Below are positions 59,891 through 64,000 of a stretch of 64,000 nt of DNA, in pieces. The DNA is from Promethearchaeia archaeon (GTDB taxonomy: Archaea > Asgardarchaeota > Lokiarchaeia > Sigyniarchaeales > SOKP01), in NCBI GenBank assembly GCA_029856155.1, contig JAHQWL010000055.1, positions 64,001 to 128,000 of the forward strand. Direction: 5' to 3'. The stretch's first letter is position 1. The number at the start of each line of letters is the position of its first letter. The notes beneath the pieces are model-generated. The model worked only from the letters and a program-made list of their open reading frames with translations. It searched no databases and was not told where the DNA came from. A program made the translations under genes and the position numbers.

Positions 59891-59933
59891 AAAGGTAAAT
59901 TCAGAATCTGATTTCAATCAAAATTCCCTTGAA
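59891..59933 (-). repeat. 43-bp dispersed repeat, copy B
   Basis: Reverse complement is 38/43 identical to 7568..7610; begins 2 nt after the nucleoside hydrolase stop. Confidence 0.7.
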
Positions 59934-59935
59934 AG

Positions 59936-60850
59936 TTATGATTTAACCAGTCGATTAACGAGCAGATCCTTAAAAGCTTGAACATCTTTCCAAGTAATGG
60001 CGCATCGTATATTATTTCCTTTTTCACTTATCTTGGTAATCCCTTTCTTAGTAACTTTAATTTTTAAATCTTCAATATTTAGTAACTCTTCAGAGAATCC
60101 GAGGTAAATCGCCACCGTATCAAATAGGATCGACGTTTTTTTATCTTCAGTGATCAATTTGGTTAAACTTTTTTCCTTAGCCCATATCTTAAAATTTTCC
60201 TTGATTAATTTGACAATTGTATTATCACAATTCATAATACGTTCGAAATTATCACCCGATAACACGATATTTCCACACGTATCCAATGGAGTGATTGTTT
60301 TCTTCCATGGTGCCTGAAACACCTCTCTACACGATTGAATATCATGTTCCACGTTATATTCGGGGTATGGAGAAGGTGCACCTTTGTATCCAATTCGAAT
60401 GCTTCCGTGCATTCCTACAAATCGAGCATTCTCTGTGATATTAGGATTCATTTTAAGTGCACCTGCCACGGTTCCTAAAGGCCCAATGGCAATAAGCGTT
60501 ATAGAGTCAGGAGAGTCTATTATAGTGGAACAAAGTACCTCTATGCCGTTTTTATAGACAGATCCAGAGTATTCGGATAATTTATAATCTTTAATCCAAC
60601 TATACTGTTTTCCCTTTTTACGATTTTCTGAAGGACCAATCCCTATAGGAATATCCGTGCGCCCAGCAATCTCGAGAAATTTAGCGACAAGCTTGGCTTT
60701 TAGCACAGTATCGTCTGTTGTTGTTGTAATTAATTTAACATCGAATTCGGGACACTTCAATAAAAAGCCCAAAGCCCACGTGTCATCAATATCCTCCCCT
60801 ATATCGGTGTCCAGAATTACTGGAATTTTTTTACTGCTTAAATTTCTCAC
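59936..60850 (-). CDS. Nucleoside hydrolase (IU-NH family)
   Basis: ILDTDIGEDIDD, IAIGPL, EYNV, PLD, LFD; GTG start. Confidence 0.92.
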   Translation of the reverse strand: MRNLSSKKIPVILDTDIGEDIDDTWALGFLLKCPEFDVKLITTTTDDTVLKAKLVAKFLEIAGRTDIPIGIGPSENRKKGKQYSWIKDYKLSEYSGSVYKNGIEVLCSTIIDSPDSITLIAIGPLGTVAGALKMNPNITENARFVGMHGSIRIGYKGAPSPYPEYNVEHDIQSCREVFQAPWKKTITPLDTCGNIVLSGDNFERIMNCDNTIVKLIKENFKIWAKEKSLTKLITEDKKTSILFDTVAIYLGFSEELLNIEDLKIKVTKKGITKISEKGNNIRCAITWKDVQAFKDLLVNRLVKS

Positions 60851-61343
60851 CGCATCTTGTTTTCCTTTTCATAATTAAATATTAATGCTAGTTTTAATAG
60901 GAATGTATTAAAAATTAAAAATTAAATGAAAATAGTGGTTAAGCGAGAATCATCAATACAAATAAATTTTAATGAATCTATTGGAAAATGCATATCATTA
61001 TCAGAATCAATAGTAATGGGGGCGTTCGAATAAAAACTCTTTTAATTTTAAACTATACCTCATAAAAACTCTTTTATTTTCTTTTTATTTATTTTCTTTT
61101 TTGCTTATTTAGCATTTCATTTTTTTATTCACAATTGATAATATTTTTGTCAATAGATCCAATTTGAAGAAATAAAAATATGACTAATATGGCATTACCT
61201 TCCAATACTCATTCCCTTAACCTTATTTAAATTTATGAAGTAAATTTATCTTGAAAAATTGCTCACCATAACAAAATGCGAGAAAAAAATGTGACTGCTT
61301 AAAAAAAATAAAAAGTAAATATCGGTTAATCAATCTTGGTTGT

Positions 61344-61835
61344 CTATATTTTAAAGTTCGTTTTCTTCAACATGTGAGTTATTTCGAATGACATAATAGC
61401 TTCCTTACTTAAATCTAAATTAACTTTACTGATAGTAAATAAAGATTTTAAGATTCCTCTATCATTGTATGTTTTTGATTCTTGCTTGTTAAGAATTTGT
61501 ACTTCCACTTCCATGGTATCATCCACTCTTAGGGATGTTTTAAATTTAAGATTTTGGATTCCCAATAATGCTATTACTGTTCTCTCATATACCCCTAATT
61601 TCAAAAAAAGACCTATCGCTAAGGGGATAATGAACGGTCCAGGAAATACAGTAGTTTTATAGGGCATTTCTTTAGTGGCATAAATTTCGTCAAAGAACAT
61701 GGATGAATTGAACCAACATAAATTACAAAAATCTAATAAATCTGATTCTCTTAAAGTCCTTCTAGAAGTTGTGAAAATATCTCCTTCATTGAATTCCTCA
61801 AAATATTTACCTCGAATTTCAGTTATCTTTTTCAC
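61344..61835 (-). CDS. MaoC-like hot-dog-fold dehydratase
   Basis: RGKYFEEF..GD..TSRRTL.E.D...F pattern. The usual catalytic D/H appear replaced (WFNSSMF). Confidence 0.75.
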   Translation of the reverse strand: MKKITEIRGKYFEEFNEGDIFTTSRRTLRESDLLDFCNLCWFNSSMFFDEIYATKEMPYKTTVFPGPFIIPLAIGLFLKLGVYERTVIALLGIQNLKFKTSLRVDDTMEVEVQILNKQESKTYNDRGILKSLFTISKVNLDLSKEAIMSFEITHMLKKTNFKI

Positions 61836-62223
61836 CTTTATAAAAGATTTTACATTAAATTAATAAGAATTCCACACAAAAAATAACTTTTTTGAATTTA
61901 AAATTCACTTTATAGGTTGAAATGAATGAAGCAATTTGTTAATAAGATTTGAAATTACCAAATTTAATTATTTACTATGAAAAAGGATTAAATTTTCAAC
62001 TTTTTTATGTATAAATAAGAGCAGAATCTATGCTTCTCTAATTTTAAATACTAACAGAATATTGAATTATTACTTCAATAATACATCCATTCAGATGGAT
62101 TTACTGAGTTTTAATAAATGAATTATAATTCTTGAATTATCTTAGCAAACTTATAATTTGATATTTCATTGAACTTTTTAATTAAATTTTAATCATTTCT
62201 AATAATAATAAAAATTGATTTAA

Positions 62224-63444
62224 ATGATTGGAACTATACAATTTGAGGATTTAGATTTAAATTTTGGATATTCTTGTATGCCCGATAGATTATATTATTA
62301 TTCAGAAGAAGAAAATGAATTCCGTATGGATGTGCGTAAATGGTGCGAAGAGAATATACAACCCGTTACTGATAAGATTGATAAGGAGAGAAATACAAAA
62401 TTAGCTGTGGAAACTCTACGAAAAATGAAACCATATCTAAATATAGTAATTCCTGAAGAAGCTGGGGGATTAGGTAAAGGAATAGTTTATCGTACGATTT
62501 TTGGTGAAGAGTTATCTGCTTTTAATTATTCCATCGGAACTATATTTGGCGCTTCCTCTTGTTTATTTACTGGACCTATCATTGAGTATGGGACTTCTGA
62601 ACAAAAAAAGAAATATCTTACAGGTATTGCTGATGGTACAAAAATTGGGGCAATAGGGATAACAGAACCTACAGGAGGTTCTGATGCTATAGGAGGAATG
62701 AATTTAAGAGCCAGAAAACAGGGAGATTACTATATATTAAATGGAGAAAAAAGATTTATAACTAATGGAAGTGTTGCAGACTACATTTGTCTATATGCGG
62801 TTACTAATGACCAAGTTAATAGACATCAAGGTATTTCAGCTTTCATCTTTGAGACAGAGACACCTGGATTTGAGGTTATCAAAGATTATAATCATATGGG
62901 CCGTAGAGGAATGCCAAATTCTCATCTCCGATTTGATAATTGTAAAGTACCTGTCGAAAATTTACTCTATAAGGAAAATGAAGGAGTTGAGGTATTGATG
63001 TTTGGACTTGATGGTGAGAGAACATTTACAGCATCTCAATATATTGGTTTAGCTAGAAGTGCATTCGAAGTTGCATATAAGTATGCTCATAGGAGGATTC
63101 AATTTAAAAAACCAATTTACTCATTTGAAGGAATTTCATTTAAACTTAGTGAGATGTACATGGATATAGAATTAAATAGGATTGCAATGGCACAAATAGC
63201 CCGAATGCTCGACGATGGACATTACTGTAGAGCATCAGTTGCTGCTGTTAAAGCTAAACTTGCAGATGCTACTGTTAAAATTACCCAAGATGCTATTCAG
63301 ATTGTTGGTGGTATAGGTTATTCTGAAGAATATCCCTTAGAACGCTATTACAGAGATGCAAAAATAGGGCAAATTGCAGCAGGTTCAACTGAAATAATGA
63401 AGTATTTAATCTCAAGAGAAATGATAAGAATGTGGGGTAAATAA
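62224..63444 (+). CDS. Acyl-CoA dehydrogenase
   Basis: ITEPTGGSD, LNGEKRFITNG, RIQFKKPI, IQIVGGIGY..EYPLERYYRDAK, GSTEI. Confidence 0.95.
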   Translation: MIGTIQFEDLDLNFGYSCMPDRLYYYSEEENEFRMDVRKWCEENIQPVTDKIDKERNTKLAVETLRKMKPYLNIVIPEEAGGLGKGIVYRTIFGEELSAFNYSIGTIFGASSCLFTGPIIEYGTSEQKKKYLTGIADGTKIGAIGITEPTGGSDAIGGMNLRARKQGDYYILNGEKRFITNGSVADYICLYAVTNDQVNRHQGISAFIFETETPGFEVIKDYNHMGRRGMPNSHLRFDNCKVPVENLLYKENEGVEVLMFGLDGERTFTASQYIGLARSAFEVAYKYAHRRIQFKKPIYSFEGISFKLSEMYMDIELNRIAMAQIARMLDDGHYCRASVAAVKAKLADATVKITQDAIQIVGGIGYSEEYPLERYYRDAKIGQIAAGSTEIMKYLISREMIRMWGK

Positions 63445-63448
63445 AGCT

Positions 63449-64000
63449 ATGGGAAATAAAATTACTTTAGACATTAGAGATAACATTGCTACTATAAAAT
63501 TAATGGATCCGGAAAAATTAAATCCACTAAACAAAGAAACTGGGAAAGAATTATATGAAACTTTAGAAAATCTTAAGGATAATAATGAAGTGAGATGTTT
63601 AATAATTACAGGTTCAGGCAGAGCTTTTTCTACTGGAGGGGACATAAAACAATTTAAATCAAGTATTGAAAATGGTACACCAAGTCAGGTTATGGAGGAA
63701 ACATTGAGTAGTCTGTATATGATTGCGAAAACCTTGCGACTTTATCCAAAACCAGTAATAGCAGCCGTGAATGGATGGGCTGTTGGTGCAGGAATGAATC
63801 TTGCTTTATCATGTGACTTTATTATAGCGTCAGAAAAAGCAAAATTTAGACAATCATTTAGTAAACTTGGTTTAATACCTGGATTTGCTGGAACAATCCT
63901 ACTCAGTCGCCAACTTACATGGCAGCAAGCTACTCAAATGGCATTTTTTGGCGATACGTACACTTCTGAAGAAATGTCTAAACTTGGCTTTATAAATGAA
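63449..64000 (+). CDS. Enoyl-CoA hydratase/isomerase, 3' end runs off the window
   Basis: Manual translation: MGNKITLDIRDNIATI...PEKLNPL...TGSGRAFSTGGDI...PKPVIAAVNGWAVGAGMNLALSCDF. Confidence 0.92.
   Translation, partial: MGNKITLDIRDNIATIKLMDPEKLNPLNKETGKELYETLENLKDNNEVRCLIITGSGRAFSTGGDIKQFKSSIENGTPSQVMEETLSSLYMIAKTLRLYPKPVIAAVNGWAVGAGMNLALSCDFIIASEKAKFRQSFSKLGLIPGFAGTILLSRQLTWQQATQMAFFGDTYTSEEMSKLGFINE

Noticed and set aside
59891-59933. CRISPR repeat (contains ATTGAAAT)
   Set aside because: Only isolated copies, no repeat-spacer periodicity and no cas genes
212-63645. The many 60-160 aa ORFs overlapping longer genes (e.g. 212..412, 5067..5546, 41159..41599, 63412..63645)
   Set aside because: They are antisense or off-frame shadows of well-supported CDSs, with no motifs of their own
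1-64000. rRNA, tRNA, transposase or integrase genes
   Set aside because: No GC-rich structured RNA tract, cloverleaf, or DDE/tyrosine-recombinase ORF was seen

Overview
AT-rich prokaryotic window that most resembles an Asgard (Lokiarchaeia/Promethearchaeota-type) archaeon. This is an inference from four exported proteins ending in an IPG[FY]-TM-basic sorting tail, many beta-oxidation paralogs, and T-tract terminators. It is a mosaic of catabolic and transport genes. Lipid genes: two enoyl-CoA hydratases, an acyl-CoA dehydrogenase, a 3-hydroxyacyl-CoA dehydrogenase, MaoC and two FATP-type acyl-CoA synthetases. Also present: sugar hydrolases (GH29, GH32, a beta-propeller GH), a cytoplasmic DmsAB-like pair, a rifampin-phosphotransferase-like dikinase, two surface-anchored beta-lactamase-family serine hydrolases, an Opp/Dpp importer, a glycyl-radical-enzyme island and a heterodimeric ABC exporter. 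I found no rRNA, tRNA, CRISPR array or transposase. Most notable observations: (1) an Opp/Dpp importer in which both ATPases carry about 7 N-terminal TM helices; (2) an unclassified glycyl radical enzyme and its activase, interleaved with a Ser-ligand acetylene-hydratase-clade Mo/W enzyme and bracketed by two inverted LLM oxidoreductases; (3) two winged-helix::FATP acyl-CoA synthetase fusions; (4) a 222-aa Met-rich insertion inside an ABC NBD; (5) a duplicated 72-bp upstream module and other dispersed repeats; (6) several gene relics whose intact paralogs lie in the same window. All family calls are from motif recognition by eye; no searches were run.
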